Of a stretch of 64,000 bases of DNA, positions 42,131 through 52,584 are shown piece by piece. Both the position numbers and the translations under genes were made by a program. The notes below the pieces were generated by a model. The model saw only the letters and a list, made by a program, of their open reading frames with translations, made no database searches and had not been told where the DNA came from. Source of the DNA: Eledone cirrhosa (Eukaryota); the NCBI GenBank assembly GCA_964016885.1, contig OZ024758.1, forward strand, positions 31,434,001-31,498,000, written 5' to 3'. Position 1 is the first letter of the stretch, and each line of letters opens with the position of its first letter.

Positions 42131-42821
42131 ACTGACTTGGTCTATATACACCTGTCTAACCCTGACTTGGTCTATATAGACCTGTCTAACCCTGACTTGG
42201 TCTATATACACCCATCTAACCCTGACTTCGTCTATATACACCCGTCTAACCCTGACTTGGTCTATATACACCTGTCTAACCCTGACTTGGTCTATATACA
42301 CCCGTCTAACCCTGACTTGGTCTATATACACCCGTCTAACCCTGACTTGGTCTATATACACCCGTCTAACCCTGACTTGGTCTATATACACCCGTCTAAC
42401 CCTGACTTGGTCTATATACACCCGTCTAACCCTGACTTGGTCTATATACACCCGTCTAACCCTGACTTGGTCTATATACACCCGTCTAACTCTGACTTGG
42501 TCTATATACACCCGTCTAACTCTGACTTGGTCTATATACACCCGTCTAACCCTGACTTGGTCTATATACACCCGTCTAACTCTGACTTGGTCTATATACA
42601 CCTGTCTAACCCTGACTTGGTCTATATACACCTGTCTAACCCTGACTTGGGCTATATACACCCGTCTAACCCTGACTTGGTCTATATACACCCGTCTAAC
42701 CCTGACTTGGTCTATATACACCTGTCTAACCCTGACTTGGTCTATATACACCTGTCTAACCCTGACTTGGTCTATATACACCTGTCTAACCCTGACTTGG
42801 TCTATATACACCCGTCTAACC
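42131..42821. repeat. 30-bp minisatellite, about 23 copies, inside a retroposon 3' end
   Basis: Unit cccgtctaaccctgacttggtctatataca; continues into cccgtctaaccatttctagcagggaaaatggacattaaaacaatgatgat, which resembles the RTE/SINE tail at 50430-50490. Confidence 0.95.
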
Positions 42822-42902
42822 ATTTCTAGCAGGGAAAATGGACATTAAAACAATGATGATTACACTCCTGACCCTTATCTTCTGATAAGGGGCACATAAT
42901 TA

Positions 42903-43055
42903 ATTGTTTCCAATTTTGGCACAAGGCCAGCTATATACCCAGTCCATTACTGGTACTTTATTTTATCGACCCCGTAAGGATGAAAAGCAAAGTTAACCTA
43001 AGTATGATTTGAACACAGATTGTAAAGGGTCATAACTCTAAGCTGCAAAGCATGG
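42903..43055 (-). mobile_element. SINE family A, truncated
   Basis: Family sequence match. Confidence 0.85.
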
Positions 43056-43449
43056 ATTTTTGAAAAATTCAAAACTCATTGAAATATCTTTTCAAGAATT
43101 TTAACACAAGAAAATACACTCAACTTATGACTAACAATAGACTTTTTTTTTATTATTGAACAAAATGAAATTCATGAAACTTGGTCTGGTTGAAAACATT
43201 AAAATTACTGGATATTCGTACAAGAGGTGATATTAATTAAATTTTGTTTTAAAAAGATCTTTATAGAATAAAATGTCTTAAAAGTGTGCATTATTGCTCA
43301 GATTTGTAAAAAAAAATACAATGGTTCTGCATAGTAAGAACAGTTATATTTTTCTAGCTACTGAATTATATATCGAGCATAAATCCAATCATATTGAGTC
43401 AATGAAATAACCTAGATTGTATGTATGTATGTATGTATGTATGTATGTT

Positions 43450-44722
43450 ATCTCTTTCTCTTAATTTCGACTATATTTTTGACCGGCCACCTTCCTGGTG
43501 GCAAGGTTGTAAAAGAAAAGAAATTGTCATCCCTTGAATCGCAAGAATGTTTTGCAAATTTTGAAGGTGCCAGCTATCGCAACCATTTGCAGACTATGAA
43601 TTAGGGAGCTGCGCTCTTTGTCTGCAAATCCAAGTTCAGTCATACTTTGGTTCAAGCGGGTTGGTCTATATACACCTGGTAATGATGGGTAAGAAGCTAA
43701 AGGTGTATCTTGGATACTGGATTTGTAAACTCCTCATCAATGGTCCGTAGATGTCCTCCTTCTCCTGTATTTTTCTGACAACGTTTACATCAAGTGGGCA
43801 GCTGATCTCCACAACAGAACACGTTTTCAATGCGTGGTCCCAAACAACAATATCAGGCCGGTTGTGCTTTAATTTGGTGGCAGTTTTTATTTTCAGGTTC
43901 CACCAGTATTCCTTAGTGCCATCTGTCTCAATATATTCTTCCTCGTTTGTTTTACATAGCCTACATTTATTGTCAGCTGCTGGCCCTCCTCTTTTGTGCA
44001 GCGGATATTTGGTAGGGAGTTCTTGTTCCTGTATTGCATAGAGATATCCCTCAAGGTGTGATGTAATAAACTTGTCGGAACTCCATGCCAGGCTTTTTGA
44101 GTGGTTTATCCCCTTTATGGTCTGTGTTTTACGTCTCAAGTATCCGTGCACAACTTTTTCTGTAAATTGGTCAATTTTTTCATCTTGTTTGAACATTGAA
44201 TAGGATCTTCTGATTTCTCTGGATGAGACACTTATATCAGGCTTTATTCCATATCTCTCCTTCAGATCAGTGGCTATCCTAATGATATTTTTTTCTTCAT
44301 GCTCATAAACTTGGGCAAGATAGTTGCCAACCTTTTTCCTCTGTTGAAGATGTTGCTTCAGTGTTACTATCCGGGTCTCATATGATGTTAATATGGATTT
44401 TAGACCCCGGCCACCTTCCTTGCGTGAGAAGTTTAGCCTATCCACATCACCATTGATGTTAAAGTAACACTGAGAAGTTTGCGAGTTCTAACATCCATCT
44501 CACTTAGTTCTTGCAATGACCAGTTCAACAGGCCAAATGTTGGCGTTAGAATTGGCACAGCATAAGTATTGTGGGCAATGTACTTGTTGTACGCTGACTG
44601 TTCTGATGACCATATTTTCTTTACTCTTCTGAGGTATTCAGTTCTGGTTCTCTCCTTATTTATGGGTCCATCATATCTGACATTCTCATCCTGTCCAAGA
44701 TATCTGTAGTTGTCACCTGACT
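43450..44722 (-). mobile_element. 5'-truncated R4/Dong-like RLE retrotransposon between (TATG)n tracts
   Basis: YRYLG...RVRKIW; RL..SRKEGGRGL; AIQEQ..PTK; CRLC; RPDIVVWD....C.VVEISCP.D.NV..K..EK..Y..L (PD-(D/E)xK nuclease). Confidence 0.9.
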
Positions 44723-45066
44723 GTATGTATGTGTGTGTATGAATGTATGTATGTGTGTATGTAGGTATGTATGTTCTTCTGGTTTTATAATTTCACAAAT
44801 TTTTTCCCAATAGAGAGAGAGTCGGTTTCTAACATAGACACAAGACTCTCTCATTGGAATTTACACAACATCAACTAGGTAGATATGTATGTATGTCTGC
44901 ATGCATGCATGTGTAGATATGGATGTTATTGTATGTGTGGATGTGTATGTTTTGAGTTGTATGTGTGCATGTGCATATGCTTTGTATCCGTACATGTGTA
45001 CATGGAGTTATTAGATGCAGAATTTTTGGAATGTTTCACATATTTTTACTGTTCCATTAATGGATT

Positions 45067-46240
45067 CATCATCACCGTTTTACGTCCGTTCTTCCACACT
45101 AGCATGGGTTAGACGGGTTGTCCTGTTGTGGGCAGTGTCTCGTCGGCTGACCATGCCTTGCTCATACAGGAACTGATTTGGCTTGATTTCTACAGCTGGA
45201 TGCCCTTCCTAACACCAACCTCATTTACAGTGAGTGCTGGGTGCTTTTTCCGTGGCGCCTACACGTCCACTTTACAGTGTGGGCTGGGTGCTTTTTTGCC
45301 GTGGCACCTCCACGACCACCTTGCAGTGGGAGGGTGTGGGGGCATATTGTCTATATGCTTCAGCTTGTACCCATGGGAGGTCGGGTACTCTGTATTACTG
45401 CGTGACGCCAGAAGTCACGGTCGTGTGTCATCGCCTTTGAGAGGTGTAATTGGGTAAGGTCGGCTTTTATCACCTCATCCCAGGTCATCTTGGGTCTCCC
45501 CACTTCGCGGTTTCCATCGACTTCTAGTGCTCTGCACCTTTTTATACAGCTGTCATCCTTCATACGCATCACATGTCCATACTAACGCAACCGCCTCTCC
45601 TGCACACAGCATTTGATTCCTCTTATGCTCAGTCTCTCTCTCAATTCATTTATGCTTTGTCGTTCGCGTATATTACTGTTACACATCCATCGGAGCATGC
45701 AGGCTTCGTTTCTCTCTAATCTATGTAAGTCTTCCACCTTCAGCGCCCAGGTCTCACTACCATGTAACATTGCTGTTCGGATACACGCATCATACAGTCT
45801 ACCTTTCATTTTGAGGGAGAAGCCTTTTGCAGCTAGCAGTGGCAGTAGTTCCTTGAACTTCTTCCATCCCGTTCTTACCCTAGTTATTGTACTTTCTGAA
45901 CACCCACCTCCGCTGCTAATTCGTTCACCTAGGTAGCAGAAGCTGTCTACTGTCTCTACAGAGCCCTCCCAGAGATTGGTGGTACTTGTTTCCTGTGGCT
46001 GTTTGCTGCTTGCTGTCCCAGTACAGCTGCTGCATGTGAAGCCTACATTCTTAATTAAGCTTCCTGAGATCCCGCTACATCTCTTGTGTACCCATTGTTT
46101 GCATTTGGGGCAGAGAATGGAGTTCCTACCTACACCTTTCCTACATACTGAGCAAGGCCATTTCCCTGAGGGGATCTGGGTTCTGTTTTCTCATCTACTT
46201 ACAAGGACTTTAGTCTTTGTCATGTTGACTTTGAGACCCG
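45067..46240 (-). mobile_element. RTE-clade LINE 3' part (family R2) followed by a SINE-like tail
   Basis: PHD-like CSVC..CPKCKQWVHKRC..CSSC, FCYLG, KGRLYDACIRTAMLHGSETW, GRPKMTW; ends in (GAT)n. Confidence 0.88.
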
Positions 46241-46496
46241 TAATTTCCTAACTAGTGTTCTTTCTGTTCCTGTGAGGCCTAGCTTCTCAAGATTTGTATT
46301 GAGGCAGTTACTAACATATCCCAGTGCCCCAATAATCACAGGCATAAATCTGAAGGTGTAATCAGGGTGGAGTATCTGCAGATTTTTCATCAGTTCTGCA
46401 TAAATATTCTCCTTTTCGCTAATCTTTGATATTATATTGGCATCTGCTGGGCAGCTAATTTCCACTACTGTGCATGCTTTCTTTTCCCTATCCCAT
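46241..46496 (-). mobile_element. Second R4/Dong-like RLE fragment
   Basis: IWDREKKACTVVEISCPADANI..KISEK.NIY.ELM..LQIL.P.YTF.FMPVIIGALG; abuts a (TATG)-rich tract. Confidence 0.85.
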
Positions 46497-46560
46497 ATGT
46501 ATGTATGTGTGTGTGTATGTATGTACGTACGCAAGTATGTCTGTATATATGTATGTACGT

Positions 46561-49500
46561 ATGTCAGGTCGTTCTCGAATGCTACTGGTAACATGTAACC
46601 CAGTACAACCTGTCTTATAGTCGCGTCGGCAGCGACTAAACTGGCAACCCCATCAAGCTTTCTTGGTGAGGGTGGTGATATTTGGACTCCCTGCAGGAGG
46701 AAATACAAGACCCGGCAAAGGGCAGAGGAACTCAGCAGAGTCAACGGCCATCCAAATAGTACTTTTTTTATGGGAGTGAAAGGCCCCCAGTTGTTGTCAC
46801 AACACCTTTCTAGGAGAGGGAAACTCTGAAAAAAAACCCTGCAGCTTCAGAAGCATCCGATGATGTTGACCAGTTCTCCTTTTCGGGTAGTGTTTTCAGA
46901 GAGTGGGATTGGTTGAGTACAAGGTCTTTCCCCACTTAAAAAAACCTTCAAAGCACAGGCATTGCTTGTTCAGGATCTGTTACAGGTTTGTGTCGCTGGC
47001 TGTAGCCTAAAAGTGCACCAAACTCTATGATGACAAATGATGACTTTGAAGTCAATGGCAGTAAGGGAGTTATTGCGAAGGAGTCTGGCCTGGCGGGTGT
47101 CCCATGGCACCGCAGCATGGGCCCGGTCGTCATCCTGCAACTGCAAAGAGGTTCAAACCTCTGAATATTGGATGCACCCAAGTTCGAAGAAGTGGCACGT
47201 TATTAACTTTGTTTTACTGAGGAAATGTGATGTCAGGGATATCAAATTGGTTCGTGTATTGCAAGGCACGGAATGTCTGGTACGTGCCAAATTTCAATTT
47301 GTTGTGAAGCATAAAGTAAGGGGGAAGAAGGTTGCACTTCCAAAGTGACTAAACGTGGCTCGTCTGAAGACAGAAGTCAGAGCTGAGCTGTCGAAGTCTC
47401 TTGAGTCCATGGAATGTGAAAACACGCGGAAATCATTGAAGAAAACCGTGCTGGATTTTTAGATCATACCAATAGAAAGCATTTTAATGAAAATGATGCA
47501 GAGATCCAGACCTTGCTTGAAGAGAAACAAAAAGTGCTGACATCATTGTTGTGCAAAACTGTTCTGACAAGAGTGCCCTGTCCCCCAAGCAGATCAAGGC
47601 ACCTGTGCAACATCAATTGAGAGCCATGCAAGATACCTGGTGGAGAAAAAAGTGTGATGAAATCCAGAAGGCCTCAGATAGACATGATACGAAGCTCTTA
47701 CACAGTCTGCTCAGGGAGGTTTATGGTCCAACTGGTCCACAAATATTACCACTTCGCTCAAAAGACGGCAAAGAATTGCTCAGAGATGCGAAGGAATCCT
47801 GATCAGGTGGCATGACCATTTTGATGAGCTCCTCAACAGACCATCAAAAATCGATGACGAGTTCATCCGGTCGATTCCATCCAGACCTACAAAGCTGGCA
47901 ATGGCTGATCCTCCTTCATTTGATGAGGTGGCAAAGGCCATTGCCAAATTAAACAGCAGAAAGTCACCTGGAATGGATGAACTAAGTGCCAAGATCTTCA
48001 AGTGTGCTGGTGATAACTTCTTAAACTGCCTGACTGATCTCTTTGTGAATGTTTGGAATGAAGAAGATGTACCACAGGACTGGAAAGATGCATTGATGAT
48101 GGTACTTTACAAAGGAAAGGGAGCAAAAGATGACTGTGACAACTACAGAGGTATTTCACTGCTATCTGTGGCTGGGAAGATCTTGTGCAGGATATTGTTG
48201 GACAGACTGATACAGCACATTGCTGTTGAGGTGCTTCCTGAGTCCCAATGTGGCTTTAGGAATGACTGAGGCACAGTTGACATGGTCTTCTCAGCCAAAC
48301 AACTTCAAGAGAAATGCATTGAGCAGTGCATGGACATTTTTTGTCGATTTGACCAAGGCATTTGAACTGTAAATCAGAAGGCTGTGTGCGTTATTTTGGA
48401 GAGATTGGGCTGTCCTGAAATGTTTGTGAACATACTCAAGCTCTTCCACGATGACATGCAGGCATGGGTAAACATTGGAGGTAAACTGTCTGAGCCAATC
48501 TCTGTTGAAAATGGTGTCAAAGCAAGGTGATATACCTGCACCAACTTTGTTTGCCTTGTATTTCGCAAGTTTTCTTCATGGCCTTCAAGGATTGTCAACA
48601 CGGTATCTATCTTAGATATCCCACTTCTGGCAAGCTTTGAACCTCAGGCATCTCACTGCCAACACTAAAGTACTGAGTACCTTGATGAGAGAATTTCTGT
48701 ATGCAGATGATTGTGATCTCTTTGCACACTCCCAGAGTAACATGCGACACCTTTGGGATTCTTTTTCCAATGCGTGCAGTTCTTTGGGACTGACAATCAA
48801 TCTGAAGAAGACTGTCGTCATGTACCAACCTGTGCCGGATAAAGTTTTCAATGAACCCTCCATATATGTATACGGTCAAAAGCTGATGGTTGCTGACAGA
48901 TTTGTGTATTTGGGGAGTACTGTGAGTGTGACCTGCTCTTTGGATACAGAAGTTGATCTGCGTGTTAACAAAGCAAGTGAGTCTTTTGGAAGTCTCAGTG
49001 ACCGTCTTTGGTGCAGGCAAAGAATCACAATGAAGACCAAGGTGAAAGTATATGCCGCATGTGTACTGTCAGCATTGTTGTATGGGTGTGAGACATGGGT
49101 TGCTTACAAATGGCATATCAAAAGACTGGAACGATTTCTCCAGCAGTGTCTCAGAAAGATGCTCGGTATCAAGTGGCAGATGCATTTCAGTGATTTTGAG
49201 GTCTTTCAGAGAAGTGAGTGTCAGAGCATTGAAAATATCATCCCCCAACAGCGTTTGCGCAGAATGGAGGATGATCGAATCCCGAAGCAACTCTTGTATG
49301 GTGAGCTTTGTAAAGGTAAGAGAACACCTCACAAACCAAGGCTCCGATTCAAAGATTGTGTAAAGGACTCATTGAAAAAAATTGGTTTGATGGTGGCTGA
49401 CTGGGAGATAGAAGCTCTTGAAAGAGAAACTTGGCGTGGAATGGTGAATGATGGGTCCATCATTTTGAGGACAGACTCATAGAGCACGAGAAGATCAAAT

Positions 49501-49700
49501 GGGATGTGCGTAAGCAATGCCCTAATGTATCTCTTGAAATTATTGGTGTCTCTATTGAATTGGTGTGCCTGGAGTGTGGAAAGATTTGTTTGAGCAAATC
49601 TGGTCCCTGGAGCCACAGTCGCAGCCATGTTCAGAGAGAACCAGTGAACTATGATCTCCATGGTGTTGTGAGGAATTGTTTAAAACTAGGAGAATGATAT
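46561..49700 (+). mobile_element. Near-full-length decayed RTE (BovB-like) LINE with deleted APE domain
   Basis: 5' leader; WMHPSSKKWH (APE end); KSPGMD, NYRGISLLSVAGKIL, LPESQCGFR, FVDLTKAF, FLYADD, FVYLGS, RIPKQLLYGEL; C2H2-like CLECGKICLS...SH.RSH; stops and frameshifts. Confidence 0.95.
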
Positions 49701-49740
49701 TATATCAAGCATCATATCAAAGCTGAAGCTGCAATATATA

Positions 49741-50210
49741 TCATCATCATCATCATCATTTTACGTCCGCTTTTCCCTGCTTGCAAGGGTTGGACAGGTC
49801 CTATTCAGCACAGCATCTCTCCACTTGTCACGGTCCTTCGTCATCTCGTCAGTGAGTTTCAGGGATCTGAGGACTGCTCTCACCACCTCCGCCCATGTTT
49901 TTCGTGGTTTACCTCTACTGCATCTTCCTTCTACTGGGATTTCCTGGCACTTCTTTACCCAGCAGTCATCCTCCATGTGCACCGCATGTCCATACCATCT
50001 CAGCCTTCTCTCCTGCACACCACAACTTATCCCTCTTATACCCAGTTTCTTTCTCAACTCATCTATGCTGGGTTGTTCACGCACATTGACACTGCACATT
50101 CAACAGAGCATACTTGCTTCATTTCTCTCCAGCCGTCGCATATCCTCTGCAGTTGCTGCCCATGTCTCACTACCATGCAGCATCACGCATCTCACACAGG
50201 CATCATATAA
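49741..50210 (-). mobile_element. RTE-clade LINE 3' end (family R2) with (GAT)n tail
   Basis: Closely similar to 40090-40450; RRLRWYGH..RGKPRKTW..DRDKWR. Confidence 0.9.
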
Positions 50211-50246
50211 TATATAAATATACGAAACAAATGAGGTCGCGTAGGT

Positions 50247-50492
50247 GTCACGACAAAAAAAACACACAGTCCACGCTGTAATGTGGCCGTGTAGGTAACA
50301 CGGTAAAAACCTCCTCCCAGTTCCACACTGTAAATGTGGTTGGTGTTAGGAAGGGCATCCATCCGTAGAAAACCCGGCAGACAGTCCTATGCGAGCAAGA
50401 CAACCAATCTTGCCTCAAGTGGGAAAACTCCCGTCCAAACCCATGCAAGCGTGGAATATGGACGTTAAACGATGATGATGATGATGATGATG
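50247..50492 (+). mobile_element. SINE 3' part with RTE-type tail
   Basis: ttaggaagggcatcca core; tail cccgtccaaacccatgcaagcgtggaatatggacgttaaac(gat)n; homolog of 45067-45330. Confidence 0.75.
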
Positions 50493-51057
50493 TATGTATA
50501 GTTGAAAATGAAGGGAATATATATACGAGAGTTGTCTGAAACAACTCTGCCATGACCCTAGTTTATTTAATTTAGACACTATATATCTAAGACTACACTC
50601 TAATATGTCCTTCCTTCGCGAAGATGATCTAATGGGATTTGAGCTAAATTTGGCTGCCATTTCTAGCAATTTGAGTCCGTCATTGATCCATAAGAGAAAA
50701 ATACTTCAAAACATTTCAATTAAGATAATACTTTAATCTGTTTAGATAAATATCCTCGTTGTCTTCAAGAATTCAACCTGTATGAGGAATTCTATTAATT
50801 TTGAATACATATAATTTTGAATACATTCGTATATATGTGTGGGTGTGTGTGAGTGTGTGTATGTATATATATATATGTGTATATATATATGCATATATGT
50901 ATATATACATATGTGTGTGCATGTACATATATATATATACACATACATATACACACATACACATATATATACATATATACATATATACATATACACACAC
51001 ACACACACATATATAACCCATGTTAGTGTGGAAAATAGATGTTAAACAATGATGATG

Positions 51058-51160
<103 letters not shown>

Positions 51161-51283
51161 TACACATACACATTTACACACACCAACCCAATCTTTCTAA
51201 TGTTAGATCAATATTATTTTCTCTTTAGTCTTCGTTATCTTTCATCATAATCTTCATTTGGTATATTACAAGATGTAATATAC

Positions 51284-51363
<80 letters not shown>

Positions 51364-51492
51364 ATTTATGTGTCTGTTCATATTTCCATATAGATGCAAA
51401 TACGCTTATGTGAGAAAGTATACGTTTACGTACTATTTCGTATAAGCGCGTGGTTGAGTGTGTGTATGTTTATGTTCTGGATATTTATTTAT

Positions 51493-52220
51493 ATATTGTT
51501 ATACTTTGGGAGGGTCATGTTGCCAATAAGAAACACATGCACCAGTTGTTTCACTTTAATTTATTATATATTTATAAATTTATAAATTTACAAATCTACA
51601 ACTTATAAATTTCTGGTTGGTTGGTTGGTTCCACAACCAGATAGTTGTTTATATATAGTCATAGTCCTTTCGTCACACACTCTGTGACCTCTTCAGTGAC
51701 TGGGGATTCCTTTCTTTGTTTCTGTGCCTTTCCTTTCTTCTATCCTACGCCATTTTGTTTCTGTGTGTGTGTTGTGTGCTCAGTTTGCGCATGCGCCACA
51801 TCCGGGTGTCTGTGTGTGTTTGTGTTCATTTATCTATTTGTTTATTTATTTATTTATTTATTTATTTATTGTTGGTTGGTTGTTTGTTCTATGTGTGTGT
51901 GTGTTTTCATTTTGTCCTTAATTGTAAGTTGTGATGTTGCTGTTCCACTCATATTTTCTATTTAATTTTGGTTGTAATTCTTTTATGCTTACTGCCTCTG
52001 TAATTTGCCTAAACATTGCATCTTTTCTGTGTGTGGATTCTATTTTTATTTCTATGTTCTCTAATTTACTCCTGTGTTCTATCTTAGCATGTTGGTAGAG
52101 CACAGATGATTCTTTATTATCTTATTGGCAACATGACCCTCCCAAAGTATAACAATATCGGTTTCAACAAACGATTTCAGATAAAGAATCTTGCTAAACA
52201 AATTCAGAAACGAAATATTT
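51493..52220 (-). mobile_element. PLE family B remnant: GIY-YIG C-terminus, 3' UTR with hammerhead, joined to an inverted 3' tail
   Basis: ORF 51918-52103 LYQHA..EH...DAMFRQITEAVSI....PKLNRKYEW; 51493-51750 is homologous to 10180-10430; 52120-52220 is the reverse complement of 10123-10218. Confidence 0.85.
51657..51701 (-). ncRNA. Type I hammerhead ribozyme (family B)
   Basis: Minus strand: agtca CUGAAGA g gucaca-gagug-ugugac GAAA ggac UA ugacu; 5-bp stem I, 6-bp stem II. Confidence 0.78.
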
Positions 52221-52333
52221 ATATATTTTTTCCCCTAAACCCTTTTTGCCCGTTTTTTCAGCCTCACTTTTATATTTCCTAAATTTGTTTTCAAATCCAT
52301 ATTTAATAAAAAAAAAAAAAACCATGTTATTCA

Positions 52334-52395
52334 TTCATTCTGACGACTGAAGACAGATATAAATATCTGCCTTCAAGAAACCAGTGGTAAATGAA
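52334..52395 (+). ncRNA. Type I hammerhead ribozyme, near canonical
   Basis: uucauu CUGACGA cugaagacagaua-uaaa-uaucugccuucaa GAAA ccagugg UA aaugaa; palindromic stem III ACCAGUGGU, GUA site; (TA)n about 35 nt downstream. Confidence 0.85.
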
Positions 52396-52584
52396 ATAAT
52401 TATCTTATGTTGTTTATTACATAACTAAATATATATATATATATATATTTCAGTTATTCTTTCTCTTACACACTTCCTCACATTTCCTTATTTAACCTTA
52501 TTTCATTCTCTGCTTTCTTTCTCTTTGTCTTTCTCTCTATATTTCTTCATCTTCTCTGTCTCCCTCTGTCTTTCTCTTTCTATG

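Noticed and set aside
42095-42829. 230-242 aa ORFs on both strands and a telomere-like taaccc
   Set aside because: They come from a stop-free 30-bp minisatellite; there is only one taaccc per unit, not a telomeric array
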